Source: Paecilomyces variotii
Taxonomy: Eukaryota
Direction: 5' to 3' (one strand)
DNA: 64,000 bases
NCBI GenBank assembly: GCA_004022145.1
Contig: RCNU01000002.1
Below the pieces are notes generated by a model. It was not told the origin of the DNA and did no database searches. It was given only the letters and a program-made list of their open reading frames with translations. Position 1 is the first letter of the stretch. The number at the start of each line of letters is the position of its first letter. Below are positions 37,290 to 50,554 of the stretch, piece by piece. A program made the translations under genes and the position numbers.

Positions 37290-38012
37290 CTACGCCCTCC
37301 CTCTTAACCAGCCAGCAAGATGTCTATCAAATGCTTCGCAGCGCACCGGCATCTCCAACTGGTAGAACGGATTCTTCATGACGTAGTCTGCGTATAGCTC
37401 GTAGACCTTGCCCATCACAACATCGACGTTCGGCATCAGCGGATCAGTAAAGAGCAGGAATTTCGTTCCTGTCAGGGTCTGGAAGCAGGTAAGACGGAAG
37501 CGCTCCGACTCGAGCACTTCGATACCCGTCTTGGGAACGCCCGGGTTCGGGAGCGTCGAGACGGTGCCCGGCGTGGGTGTTGATGTCCCTGAGGAACTCT
37601 GTGCGGTGCTGCCAGTCGTCGCTGGTGCAACGGTCGAAGGGATATGAGGTGTTAAGGAGCGGGTGATGGCGTGGACACTGAAAACGCAGGACAATTGTAG
37701 TCAGTTTCCCTGCGCTCTACCTTCTCCCTGGCGGGATACAATTGTAAGATGGAGTTAACACACCCGTGAAATGTACCGGCTAATACGAGATAATCGTTCG
37801 TCGAGAGTTTGCGCAGACCGGCCTGGAAGTCGCGCTGGTAGACAAGACCTCCGGCCTTGTTGATGATGATGAGAGAGTAGACGGCCCTGTTTGCATGCGA
37901 TCGATCACCGCGTCAGTCTCATCGCACGTCAAGTCATATCTGTGAGCGCTGCAAAGTGCATCGCAAAGAAACAATTCCGCAGAAGATACAGTACAGAGGG
38001 ACACTCGTACAT
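37290..38012 (-). CDS. TRS23: TRAPP complex subunit Trs23 (sybindin family)
   Basis: AT|G GCC GTC TAC gives MAVYSLIIINKAGGLVYQRDF..LSTNDYLVLAGTFHG|VHAITRS..CFQTLTGTKFLLF..YELYADYVMKNPFYQLEMPVRCEAFD. Introns 37887-38010 and ~37678-37763. Confidence 0.93.
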
Positions 38013-41000
38013 GGCTGAATTGCGCTGGCCGCAGCCCGCTTAGTTCGTGGTGGTATGGTATCTGGGTCGGAGTGCGGGATAACTCGCTATCGTGTTCGCA
38101 GCATCACTCTTCCTCTCTCGCTTTGGTCGCTGCGCGAGAGAGAGAGAGAGAGCCTGAGAGGATATAGCTGGACTGTAGATGTGGGCAGCGAGAAGATGCT
38201 TCAATTCATCGTGAGACGAAGCGTTCTATCCGCTGAATCCAATGCGCCTCGGCCAGCGGAGATGTGGTTCGATCCGAGTCTGGGAGAGGTTCTTTATTCT
38301 GCACTCGTTGCCAAGAGTATATCGGCAACGGCGATGGATTCTCACCAGGAGAAACGCGTTTGTTGGCAGTTAAGTGGGGTTATATGGATTTAGCCCCCCG
38401 CAGTATAAATGGATTGTCTTCTATTCAATAATGTTGTGTATTTTGGTGTATTAGTAGAGATATTACACTCGTTGTTGTATCTCTGATGAATTTCTATGTG
38501 TGAGATAATAATTCTCAATGATTCAATTTTGGTCTTATCTTGTTCAACTCTCGCTTATTTATATTCACTCTGTATAGTATACATACATCCTGTAAATAGG
38601 AAGGATATCAGCTAAGAAACGAAAGCAATTGTAAAATATAAACAGAGTAAATGCTATGGAAAAAGAGTCCATTCACGATGATCAAGTTGACGCAGGACCT
38701 GAGGAGAGAACTCCCCCGGCAGTAACTAACTACCGTTGTCTTCCAGGGGCAGATCCTGTTTCAGCTTGCAAACGCCTCTTTTCCAGGATCAACAGTAGGG
38801 AACACGATCATCATCGATCAACCGGACCAGACAAAGACTGCCCTGGATGAAACATGGAATCCTAAGGCAACTTCCCGATGACGAAAAACTCGTCGCTTCG
38901 CTGCGAACTAGAGTATCTTCAAATAGAAAATGCTGATCTTTCCCCCTATGGCCAATGCTTGCAGCGTTGACGGCTGACAACGACGCGAAATTGCTCTCGG
39001 ATTCTGACTCTCATTGGGGATTTAACCCTGTCTACGGAGTAGAGAGGTGTATTCTCTGCTTCTGGAAGTACCCCGGGGAACAGTTGTCCGGTTCGTTGTT
39101 CTCCTGACAAGAGCACAGCCGGACTGCATCCAGATCCACGATCCGATCTTGGATCTGAGACGGTGAGCTATTATTACACTCTATTCCCTTCTCATTTAGT
39201 TGGGATGAAACGATCTACCGTTCGTGAGGATCGAAACGGACCAGCCCACGCAGCCTGCAGCCAGACAAATATAGTCATTACTACTTCCCCTGCCAGCGAG
39301 CTAACCCAAGCCATGGAGTGGCATTGGCAATGAAGCAGGACATGGCGGTTATGGCAGTTTACAAACACTCGCGCTGAAGGGGTAGAGAATTGCCCTATAG
39401 GATCTGGAAGATCGCCGTGGTTGACAAGTATCGACTCGCAGACGACCAGTGTTGCCTACGTCGCCTTCTTCCGTCCATCCAGGTTCCTTGTTACTCTCGA
39501 GTCGGCGCTCAGAATGGTAATAGAACTACATCAGACAGGGATGTTTGCGCCCGAGAGACCACGACTCACAGACAATATTAATGCCCTGCGCACTGGGATT
39601 GGGAGAAGGGGGAGGCGCGGTTGCCTCCATCTAGTGGAATGGCCCGGCGGTTGACAACAACAAAAGCAAGCAATACTCCGTAGCTCGTTCCTAGCGGTAT
39701 GTCCAACGACGATCCTGAAGACCATCTCAGCTCCGGATTGACAATCCTAGGCGCGTCCGTTGGCGCCCGTCACTTACGAGTGCCGCGAACCGATGCGAGA
39801 GGCAGGAGAAGGGCTTGACGACTGGGGCTGGCAATGTCTTGTCTTGGTACTGAGCTTTTCATCCCCTCTCTTGCAACTGCCGGACACCATGGCATTTAAG
39901 CGGTCTGCAAATGAAAAGGGTTCTCTCTACCATAGCGGGCTCCCCATCTGCGGAACCCTAACGGCATTGAGAACCACAGGGAATAACTGACGTATGTATC
40001 ACTGATATATACAGATAATCATGGTGTTATTATGAGATACCTACGCGATCTACTCGGCCACGTGGTGAAAAGGGTGATGCTATTCCGACTGATATATACG
40101 CCCGAGGAGCCATTCCGCAGCCACTTCCGGAAACTTGCGGTCTTTCCTGTCTAAGCACCAAGACCGTTGTTGGACGATCGTGGGACTGCACCGGTATTGC
40201 GGCTACTAGGGTGTGCGAGGGTACGGGTGAACGCCATGGGTGAAAAACGCCTTGGGGGCTGTGAGAACATTCGAACCTTCCTCCGGAATCCGGATTGGGA
40301 GCTGAACCCAGCAAAAGAGCCAACCATGCACCTTCAGGGTCGCGGCAGACACAATGCATAATTAGTGCGTTCAGGCCCTTTCGCGCCGAGAGAAAATCTA
40401 GAGTATTCAACTGTCTACGGAGTACGGAGTAATGGACGGGAAGGGAGAGCAGGTAGATCATCCTGTCCGGCGGCTCTTTTAGCACATCATCTGAGCCAGG
40501 TCGAAGCGCCCTCGGTTCGCTTGCTTGCGAGGTTGATGGTGTTGATGGTGGACGTGTTGTCGGTACGACACGGAAACAAGATGTGAGGGGGACAAGCTAA
40601 CTGTCAACATACTGTCTATGTCTAATATGACAACTACAATCCTTGTTTGAGCTTCGCATGGTCGGACCAACATGATACTGAGTTCCTTTCTCAGGTTGGA
40701 GCCGCCGTGGTAGAAGAAGGGTGACCGTGGAGAAGATTCACCCACGCGATGGTCGCTGCAGGGGCATCGGGGGCCTAATCTTGCTCGAGCTGTGCTATCA
40801 CCTCAAGCCTTCGGATTGGCTACCAACGACAGGACTAGTGCTGGAGGATGAGGCTCAATTCAAGCACCCCGTTCTGTTATGTCAAGCAGCCGCCCAGCCC
40901 GACTAGGCCCCATGCCGGCCATGATGAGGTCCCGGATATGGTTGCGAAGGTGCATATATATCCCCATCAAGACCCATCCTCCTTGACAAATATTCTCTCA

Positions 41001-41123
41001 TATCACGCATTCTAGTCCTTCTCTTTATGCGGTATTTGCTGATGTTTGTCTCGGACCATCAATCACGATTTATACTCCTTCAATCCCTGACTAGAATCTG
41101 GACCCAGAATACCCTATTTGGAC

Positions 41124-42617
41124 ATGAATTACATACAGCCATTTGGTGACCTTCCGGGCTGCATGGATCTCACGCGGAACGGCGCTGTTTCGGAAGATGA
41201 TGCACTTTCTTATCCTGGAACGGATTTATGGTCTCTGGAACCCGTGGAATATCCCACTGCAGAACCAGGTACGGCGTGTTTCCCTATTTCTCGGGAAAGA
41301 CGATCCTATATTCATCCCAGCCTTTTGGCAAATGGTCTGCCTGAATTACCGCTTTATCCATTCCTTGACAATGATGCTGGATTCATCCCACATACTGGAG
41401 CAATGTCTGGAATTAACATGGATATGCATCCGCAGTTCATGCGCCAGGAATTCGACTCTTCACCCAGCTTACCTGGAGACAGCGAATTTTCGTGGACGTC
41501 GGAGAGTGAAGGTAGCTTCAGTCCGGCACCGAGTTGGCGTAGTCCAAGTAAGTGCATACGTCAACCTTCCAGTTAATGGGCGCCATGTTTACATAGAGAA
41601 GACTCATCCCAGACATTTGACCTTTGGGAACCGGGCCCTGGCCACCGGTTTGAATATGAGCTGCGGTCCGTTGCCATGCACGATCTGCAGAACTTTCCGG
41701 ATATAGACCGCGAATTACAAACTGTCTATGGGGTTCCCGACCAGAAGATATTAGGCCCCGAAGAGATGGTCCTATCTCAATATATGGAAGATATGAAGGT
41801 CGACACCGACGTCGATGCTGGCATCCCTATGAAAGATGGAGACGCGGGTGACGATAGCATGCGGCGAATCTCGCTTGATTCTACTAAGATCCCCATCACT
41901 GCTGGCTACCCTCAGATCAGAAAGCCAGATTCGAAGCGAGCCGGGAAGTGCGCCACTAGAAGTCCGAAACAAAGAAGGACTACGTCGAGGTCAGAATCAA
42001 GAGACTCGGCGGCCAAACGGGTTTTTGTATGCAGTTTCGCGCACTACGGATGTGAAAGCGTGTTCCCGTCGAAGAACGAGTGGAAGCGTCACGTCACTTC
42101 GCAGCACTTGCAGCTGGGATTCTACCGCTGCGACGTCGGCAACTGCAAACCATCCAGTTCCAAGAACAACAGATATATCTCCGTCAATAACGATAATGAT
42201 AGCCCAGGAAGTGGTCTTAGGAAGAGTCGCGTATACAACGACTTCAATCGCAAAGACCTCTTCACACAGCACCAACGGCGCATGCACGCTCCGTGGCTCG
42301 GGATAGCTGGTCCCAAGCCCTCGCAGGCTGCGGAAGCCGCCTTCGAAGCAAGCCTTGAGAGCGTTCGCTCCCGCTGCTGGCATGAAAAACGCAAGCCACC
42401 CCAGCGGAGCCAGTGCGGTTTCTGTGGTAAGGAATTCTCTGGTCCGGCCAGTTGGGACGAACGGATGGAACATGTTGGCAAGCATTTCGAGAAAGGGGTG
42501 GCTAACGATGAGGCTGAAGATGTTGAATTAAGGGCATGGGCACTCAGTGAAGGGATCATCCGCCCTATCAACGACAATAAATGGGTGCTGTCGAATCTCC
42601 ATCCAGCCAAGTGTTGA
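41124..42617 (+). CDS. C2H2 zinc-finger protein, putative transcription factor
   Basis: FVCSFAHYGCESVFPSKNEWKRHVTSQH, YRCDVGNC, FNRKDLFTQHQRRMH, CGFCGKEF..WDERMEHVGKHF. A likely first exon 41124-41547 is joined by an intron (GTAAGT 41548, acceptor ~41598). The 5' structure is uncertain. Confidence 0.8.
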
Positions 42618-45600
42618 GCTGATCAACAGGAGTGTATAAAGGTGCAGTAATGATCTCGGTTGTCTTATGTATAGAATTCTCAATTTGTTTTCGCTTTTTC
42701 TTTTTTCTTTATCTTTAGGAGCCCCCCTCTCTTTACATTGGAACAGATAGGCTATTATATTGTGATACAGATATGCCTAAGGGAATGTGATATTTATATA
42801 TTACATAGTTATAATGATCAGCAATAGATTTATGCTTGTTATTCAGAACATCTTACTTCTTATTGGTTTTACATTTCCAGAAGCGTAGATATGAAACGGT
42901 CTTTTTCTTCTGAGTCAAGAAAGGGCAGGGAGGACTACCACTACACATTCATTCCTATAGCAAATACTACCGATTCTAGCACCTGATAGGAGTAAGGTAA
43001 CCCGTAGAGAAATAACGATCCATGAGATGAAGTGAACGGATATAAGATATAGGGCAGAGAGCGTCCGGTAGATATATACCACATACATATACTGTACATA
43101 CGACTAGTAGTTATGACTTATTTTCGACCTCACTACTGAAAGCCTCCAATACTTTAAAAGGAATATCCTATTCTATTATGATTTCACTTTCAATCCTTTC
43201 TTTATTTTTACTTGTTTTGTTATTCTAACCTAAGGGCCTGAGGCAACAGGGTCAAGATCCTCAAGGAGGGCGGCAATTATATTCAGGCAACAAGCTATTT
43301 AACTACCTAGTTAACTGTTACCCCTCTTCGTGCGTTGTAAAATCTAGAATACTTATTCGGTATTTGGCTCCCTAGGAGGATATCATGTGATGGAAGGAAG
43401 GAAGATAGGGGTGAAATGAGGATTGAAAAAATAAATAAAAGTCAGACGTCACCCGATTGAAGGCGATGAACTGATGATTAAACTTGGGTAGGTAACTAAT
43501 TTCATAGTTAACTATCTGCGTTGTCTGATGATAGTGATGGGATCACGTAACCTTTCTCACTCTTCGGACCCCCCAGTATTATTATTACATCGGAGACGGA
43601 ACGGAGATACTAGAAAAAAAATGACGAGGAAAGAAACAAGTCAGTTCAGGTCTATCGTGTCGTGTCATGCCGTGTTGTAGCGGTGAGATTTTATCGCTGA
43701 CATTGATGTTGAGTGATTTAGTTATCTATGTAACTAACTATCTAGAGTGTCTGGTTTGCAGTTCCTGAAACATTCTTCTGACTCTGAGTCATCGTCTTCG
43801 GGACTTGGTGTAGTTAGTTAAAGTTACCGGTGTGATAATAATAATAAAAATAAAGAAAGTTCTACGACAACTCATGATGCGGAGGCCTGAGAAACTTGGA
43901 GGGGCAACTGAGGAACCGAAAGATCGAGTGAGGCCTTAGAGAGAGATTGGGTGAAAATGTAGTGCGAATTACATCTCGAGAAAACATTATTATCCGATAG
44001 TAAGTATTAACGGTGAAGGGTGACGTGACGGGTGGTGGTGGGCGCGGGTGCATAGTATAGTATAGACTTTCGTCGGGCGTCTCGGCCCTTTTCGCTCACT
44101 TTTCTATTTGCTTAGTTGATTATTGTCTTCTTAAAAGATGCCGAGGCTTTTTTTATTTTATTCTTAGGTGGTATGTAGTTATGTATGCCTTCGGGAAATG
44201 TACATCCTGTCATTTTTCTTTTGCTATTATAGATACTGTATACGTAGTCCAATGGTTATTATGCCGATGATGTGGTCGAAGTCAGCCAGGCCGGGCAGGG
44301 CAGGGCAGCCAAATGTCCGTATCGGACGAGATGCATATCTAGATTGGGGGCGGAACCGCGGAATCATACTGGTAGTGGTGGTGAAGATGACTTGTTTTTT
44401 TTTGCCCTTCTCTGCCTTGGGCACTTGAGGAGAAAAAGTTGGGTGAAGATGGGTGGCCTCAACATTTACTTACTATTTTAGACCGTCGGGAAGTAAAGTT
44501 ATACTGGTCTTATCGAGTGGTAACTAGAGAGGGGGGTGTTTGAGCAGAGGGATTTCATTGTTGGGTTGGCAAAGTGGGCGACGTAGTTAGCGAGTAGTAA
44601 CTAATTAACGTAGCTGATGGTGAATAAGGTGGTGGACGGGCCCTTGAGGAATAATACATAATGATAATAATACGTAGTTGCGTGTTGTCATTCGACTCCC
44701 GAACCGATGCCTCATCAGGAGAGGATGGATAGATAGGATGACGTTTCTAATTCACGAAGAGGTTAGATAGGTAATAATAATAGTACCATAGTTGCTGGTC
44801 ACGGGGAAATAGGATAGATAACCCCATCGCTTAGCTGGCCCAGTGTCTGTCGTTTCTGAATGGGTCCTGTTTTCATTTCCAACAAGTTCCCGATGCAGCG
44901 GACGGGAAACGGTCCGAAGGGTGACCACCTCAGCAATAATGAAGGTCGAGACCGTTGCATTAAACAGCTATCTTGTGCCTTGTGTTGTGAGCGGCGAATG
45001 ATGGAATGACGGATGCTCTCTCGTTTGAAACCTGCACGTAGAGATCATCAACGTGGCATGTGGCATATGATTTACTTACTATGGAGTGCATCACCGCCAG
45101 GTACCGGAGTAGTATAGCAACACTTGATTACTCCAGAGAGAAAGCGTCTCACGTCTCAGGGGTGCATAGACTAAGGACTTCTCCGCGAATATTCTGCGCT
45201 GGGTGCGAACCCGCCAGCTGGGTGTGGACTGGCAGTGAGTCAACGCGAACAACCAGCTGTCCTGTCAATCATCGTAATGTCAGCAACATTGCCATTTCGG
45301 GCAACGACAATTACTTATGACCGATATGCCGTTTCTCCTACACCATGTTTCTACTGGCTGCCTGGCATTCCAGGAACTCTTGTGGGTGTTGGGCCACTCA
45401 ACACCGTCACCGCCATAGGCGAGAAATATCCATCGACCCTTGTGGACATAATAATCGGTCATGAGCGTGCATACTACTAACTATCACCCACGTAATACTC
45501 CGTGAGGATAACAATTATCTGCTAGACTCCAGTTCGATAGTAAGTGGCTTACTTACGGCACGGCTTCGTCGCTTCGCTGATGACGATAAACTCTGCTCGA

Positions 45601-48482
45601 GTCTAAACTTGCTAATCTCCCGCGCGAACGTATCTGCCTGTAACTGAAGCCGGTAATAATTCGGACTCGTGTTTCAGTCTTCCTAGCTTTCCCTCTTTCT
45701 GATCTGGAGTTGCGCACTCTACTCCACGAGACAGCTGTCGACTTCACGAGTGCTTCAAACACACGTACCATGACTCAGAAAATCATTATGATGATTATCA
45801 TTATTGATCTGGCGATTGCCAAAGACCCACCGCGTATAGTCTTTTGTGTACTCCGTACTCCGTACGCCATCGGCCAATTATCTTTCCCAAGACCCTGAAA
45901 CGGAGCGAGGACCTTTTTTTGATCGAGTTCTATTCGAAATGACGGACATGAACCGGCTATCTGAACGGTCCCCAGAGCGAAGCCAAGATCTTCTCAGCGC
46001 CAAGCGGAAATTATTATTCTTAGGATACTGGTTCTCGGCATCAGTTACTTACTCTTTTCCCGGACGAGAAAAGTAGACGGAGACGGCACGGCGGTGAGAT
46101 GAGGTGTTTGACAAGTACTTTCGATGTTGTTATGGGGATCCCGAGATCATGCCCCCTTTGGGGAAAGCAGCTCACCAGCGGGGTGGGCCTGGGATCTGGC
46201 ACGGAGCCCAAATACGGAGTAGCTGGGGGGCAATAACATAATTAACGATCAGGAATGATCAGGAGAACTTCCAGATTTATGCTAAAAAGGCGCCGTTGTT
46301 CCGCCAAACCCGCAACACTATTGGCAACCGTCTTTCACTGGTAGATCCCCCATCCTCCAGATGGAGAGGACGGATACGTGGAACATATTACTGGTTGTCG
46401 TAAGAGTTGACCCAAAGTCTGGAATCTTTCCATGGGCATAACTCCGTAAACAATCTGTCGGCCATCCGATGGACAGAACTTGTGGAGATCCGGGGAGTTT
46501 CGCCTACAACGACCGTATCACAAGGGGGAAAGATCGAGATACTCCGCCAGCAGCGCCTTTTCTTTTTGTTCGATCGTGGGGTCAAAGACGGGGTTGACTC
46601 GAGCAGCGCTCGTGGGCACAGAACGTCCTATGTGCCATGTGATGTGAACTCGGTGCAACGGGTTTCTGGCAGCTTAGCTGGTAAGCAAGATGCGGAGATG
46701 GCCAACGATGACCGTTATCCCCTTGCGGTGTATACATGAGAAGGTTGCACTGTTTGGATGGGCTTTGTCGTTGCCCAGTCTTGAGATTGATTGGTGACCA
46801 AGGCGCTGTTAGTCCCCGATTCTTGCGAGGGGAAGAGAGATGTCGTGCACACGATGGATCCTGTTTGGCCATTCATTAGATACACAGATAGTGGCCGATA
46901 GTGGGATCATGGTGCTATGATTAGTAAAGGCGCGAAACTCGGTTAGGACAAAGTGAGCAGATCATCGTGAGGAATTGGCAACTCAGCGGATTCAGGATCT
47001 TCGATGGCCGGCCAGGATCAGGGCCCGGAAGCTCTGCCGCAAGCTATACTGGTCTGGGCAGCGGTTGCACCGTCTCTATCTGACTGATCATTGATCATCG
47101 ACGGTGGTATTACGGACGACAGGATCCCCTCGACTTGGGCGATGCCAACTGGATTCTCTTCCCCCCAAAACGGTTTGAGGTTTGAAGTGAGCCCTTTGGG
47201 GGGTGGTGAGACGCGTCTGTAGGGGGTCACACAGCACGCCGTCTCCAACGCCCGATTCGAGTGCAGCGAGATGGACGATCTTGGAGGCATCCGACTGGAT
47301 CATGAGTTCCCTATCAGTGTGTGGCTCCTTGGTTGTGCGCGCGACGACGTGGCAGACAGAGACTCGAGAGAGCGTCTGGTAGGCGTAGAGCTCTCTTGCT
47401 TTTGGCCTGACGATGCCTTGGAGGGGGTTGTCCGGGCCTAGAGAAGGCCCTTGGGGAATCGTCTCGTAGGCATTCCGGGGGCCTTTCGGGGGGCCATCTT
47501 GAGCTGGCGATAGGGGCGGCTGCCCGGGCATTCTGGACATTCTGGACTTTGCCCTTTGCTGCCTTTTCGACTCGACGGATCCCCCTGGGATAGGATAGGA
47601 TAGGATAGAATAGGACTTCGTTAGCGAGCAGCACCGGTTCGTAGACCAACGCACGTTCTCGCTATCTCGCTGGCCCGGCTCTCTCTCTGAGCGATCCGTT
47701 TCGCTGCCTCACTTTCCATCATCGTGCACGGCTCTCCGTCTCTCTTGTGCTCTCCATCTGTCACTGTCCGTCGAACTCTCCGCTCCATTCTGCCAAAACT
47801 GCCCATCGCCATCATGGCTCGCTCCTGGCCCGTTCACCTGGCCGGATGGCCGTACCTGGATAGCTTCTCCCATCACCAGATCGCTTCTCCAAGCGTCCTG
47901 CAGGGTCACTGGAAAAACCTGCGTGCCGGTTCTGCGAACTTTGGCCGTCCACGCCGTTCGAAAGCTCCAGGTCTCTTGCTGACCCACTGCCTCCATACCC
48001 TCATGAGCTCTCGTTTCAAGCACTTTGGCTTTCCTTTGGCATCCGCTCTCCGGAGACTTCGTTGCTGATGCTGACTGCTCGTATCCGTAACTGGCTAGCG
48101 GCAGGCGTCGTCCTGCTACCGTTCATTAATTGCTCGACTCCCCGGTCATTTGTTTCTGCTTCTCTTCAGTATACTCGACGTTCACTGTTGATGTTCATAC
48201 TGTGTCTCTGACTCTGCGGACTTTGTTGTTCGCTGCGCTTGCCTCCATAGTCTATAACTACTACCTTGTCCGACCCGCGGATCACCAAAACGACCTAACT
48301 ATACAGTCGTACCTCAGTGAGTGCGGACCCAAACAAGGCTATCATTAACTATTATATGCCTCCAAGCTGACCGTGCGCTATTAAGACAGAATAAACAGCT
48401 TTCCCTCTTCCGATTATAGATACTGATAGCAGCTGCTGGACTACCTGCCCCAACCACCATCTCCCAGAAGGAGCTCACCGCC

Positions 48483-50554
48483 ATGGCCGTCAGTATCACG
48501 GACGACGAATTATTTACGAGGGCTATCTCTGGCTACCGGGACGCCTTTTTGGTTCAGCACTCCCACCTTTCGGAATCGGAACGAAATCATCTCTGGAGCC
48601 AACGTCTCAGTCAATTCATGACCGTCACAGCCCCTCAAGATGTCTCTACGAACGCTTCCGACATGCTCAACGCCGGCAACGCTTCGCCTCCAGACAGCAT
48701 CGGAAAGAGGACACGACAAGACGTACCCCGGACGATCCCTTCTGGAATTCCACCGGCAAAGCGGCGTGCCACCGTATGTGACCTTTGGCCTCCTTTCTAA
48801 GCATCCGCCCCCGCCTTATCCTTGTTGCCGCTGCTCTCCATCTCTCTCTATCCCTTCTCCAACCTTCCTGGATTGACGTTTGGCAGACTCCGGAACTCCC
48901 CGTTGCTATTGACCTGACGCGTGACTTGTCACACGCTTCGTCGCCGGCAGCCCCTCAGATGAACCAGAGACCGTCGACGACGATATCTCGGACTGGAACT
49001 TCTCCCATCGCCAGCAAAGGCTCCGCGTCGCGAGCGGCCGGTATGGTTCGCTCGCGGAGCCAGCAACTCCCGGTCCCTCACCGCCAACAGTCAATAGCGG
49101 CAGCACGACAATCTTCTGGACCGCAACGATCGCAACTCCGTCTCGACAATGTCGACGAGTACTCCCCGTTGGAGTACACTCAGCAGTGTCTGGAGGATCT
49201 CCAGGCCCAGGGTATGAGTGTCCCTGTCGACACCGGTTCTGCCGGTGTGCAACAGACTCAGCAATTCCAGCAGCCCGTCTTTGGCGGCCTTTCTTGCTCA
49301 CCTATGTCAGATCAACTGACGGTCGCGACGACCGCCGCAACTGAGATGAGTCGCAGTGCGACTACAGAGTCATTGTGCGGAGGAATTGGCATGGTTAGAT
49401 TCGACTCCACTGGATCGAATCTTGAAAGCAATTTCGATTTTCCTTTTTCTTCTTCTGATTTCGCGAACAAATCATCCCCTCAAGAGGTCCATTTTCCGAC
49501 CTCTATTTCTCATTCTCATCGAAACATGAATCATGTTCAGTTTCCCTTATCCGATTCTACACCTCTTTTCTTTTCCAGTTCTGCCCCTACCCCTGGCACA
49601 TTTCATAGCCCTCTCAGTTCTGCTCCTTTGTTGCCACCTTCATCTGCCTCTGTGGAGATGAAGCATTCCCTGTCTGTCGAAAGCGACAGTTCGTCTACAT
49701 CACAGCAGTCAAGGGCTGCTCGGAGGACTCAAGAACAGATTGTTCAGGGCGCACGACCAATCGCCCCTAAGCTGCAGAGTAACAGCAAACCATCGAAACC
49801 AACTGAGCAGCACAAGATGATCCGCATTGCTTCTGAAGACGGCACCTCGAAAGAGGTTGCTGCCATTCCCAAGGCGTCTTTCCAGCGCCCGCCTCGCCCC
49901 AAGACGTATTGTACCCTTTGCACCGACCAGCCTGATGGCTTTCACGGTGAGCACGAACTTCGACGACATATCGAACGTGTTCACTCGGTCGTGCGCAAGG
50001 TTTGGGTCTGCGTTGACATCTCGCCCGACAAGACGTTCCTTGCCAACTGCAAGGCGTGCCGCAACGGGAAGCGTTACGGCGCCAACTACAATGCGGCCGC
50101 ACACTTGCGACGGACTCACTTCAACCCGTGCCAGCGGGGGCGGGGAGGACGTGGCAAGGACAGCGAGAAGCGCGGGGGCAAAGGTGGTGGAAATCACCCG
50201 CCCATGGAGGTCTTGAAGCACTGGATGGAGCAAAAAGAAGAGATTGTGCTGGAGAACGCGCAGAACTTTATCGATGAAGATGCGCTGGGTGAAGAAATCA
50301 ATGCAATTCCTCAGCAGCCATCCGCCATCATAGGTTCGGCTTACCCTCCAACGACGACAACAACAACGTCGGATTTCACGCAGGACGCGACTTTCGAGTA
50401 TGAGCCGCCGTCGTTGGGCTGGGATCCAGCCATGGGTAACGGGTATGACACGTTTAATGCACTTCCCACGGTGAACATTGGTTCATCGTTTGACAACCCT
50501 TTCTATGTCGAACCTCAGCAGATGCCTGCTGAGATCGAACAGTATGTTGCATGA
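48483..50554 (+). CDS. Zn-finger putative transcriptional regulator, KLAP1 (key lime pathogenicity protein)-like
   Basis: Exon 1 48483-48773 (NLS-like PPAKRR), intron 48774-48886, then a Ser/Gln-rich region. C-terminal CTLCTDQPDGFHGEHELRRHIERVH..VWVC..CKACRNGKRYGANYNAAAHLRRTHF..RGGKGGGNHPP. Family name from recall. Confidence 0.75.

Noticed and set aside
48785-48886. ORF-track start of the 589-aa ORF
   Set aside because: Lies inside the intron 48774-48886; the real start is 48483.
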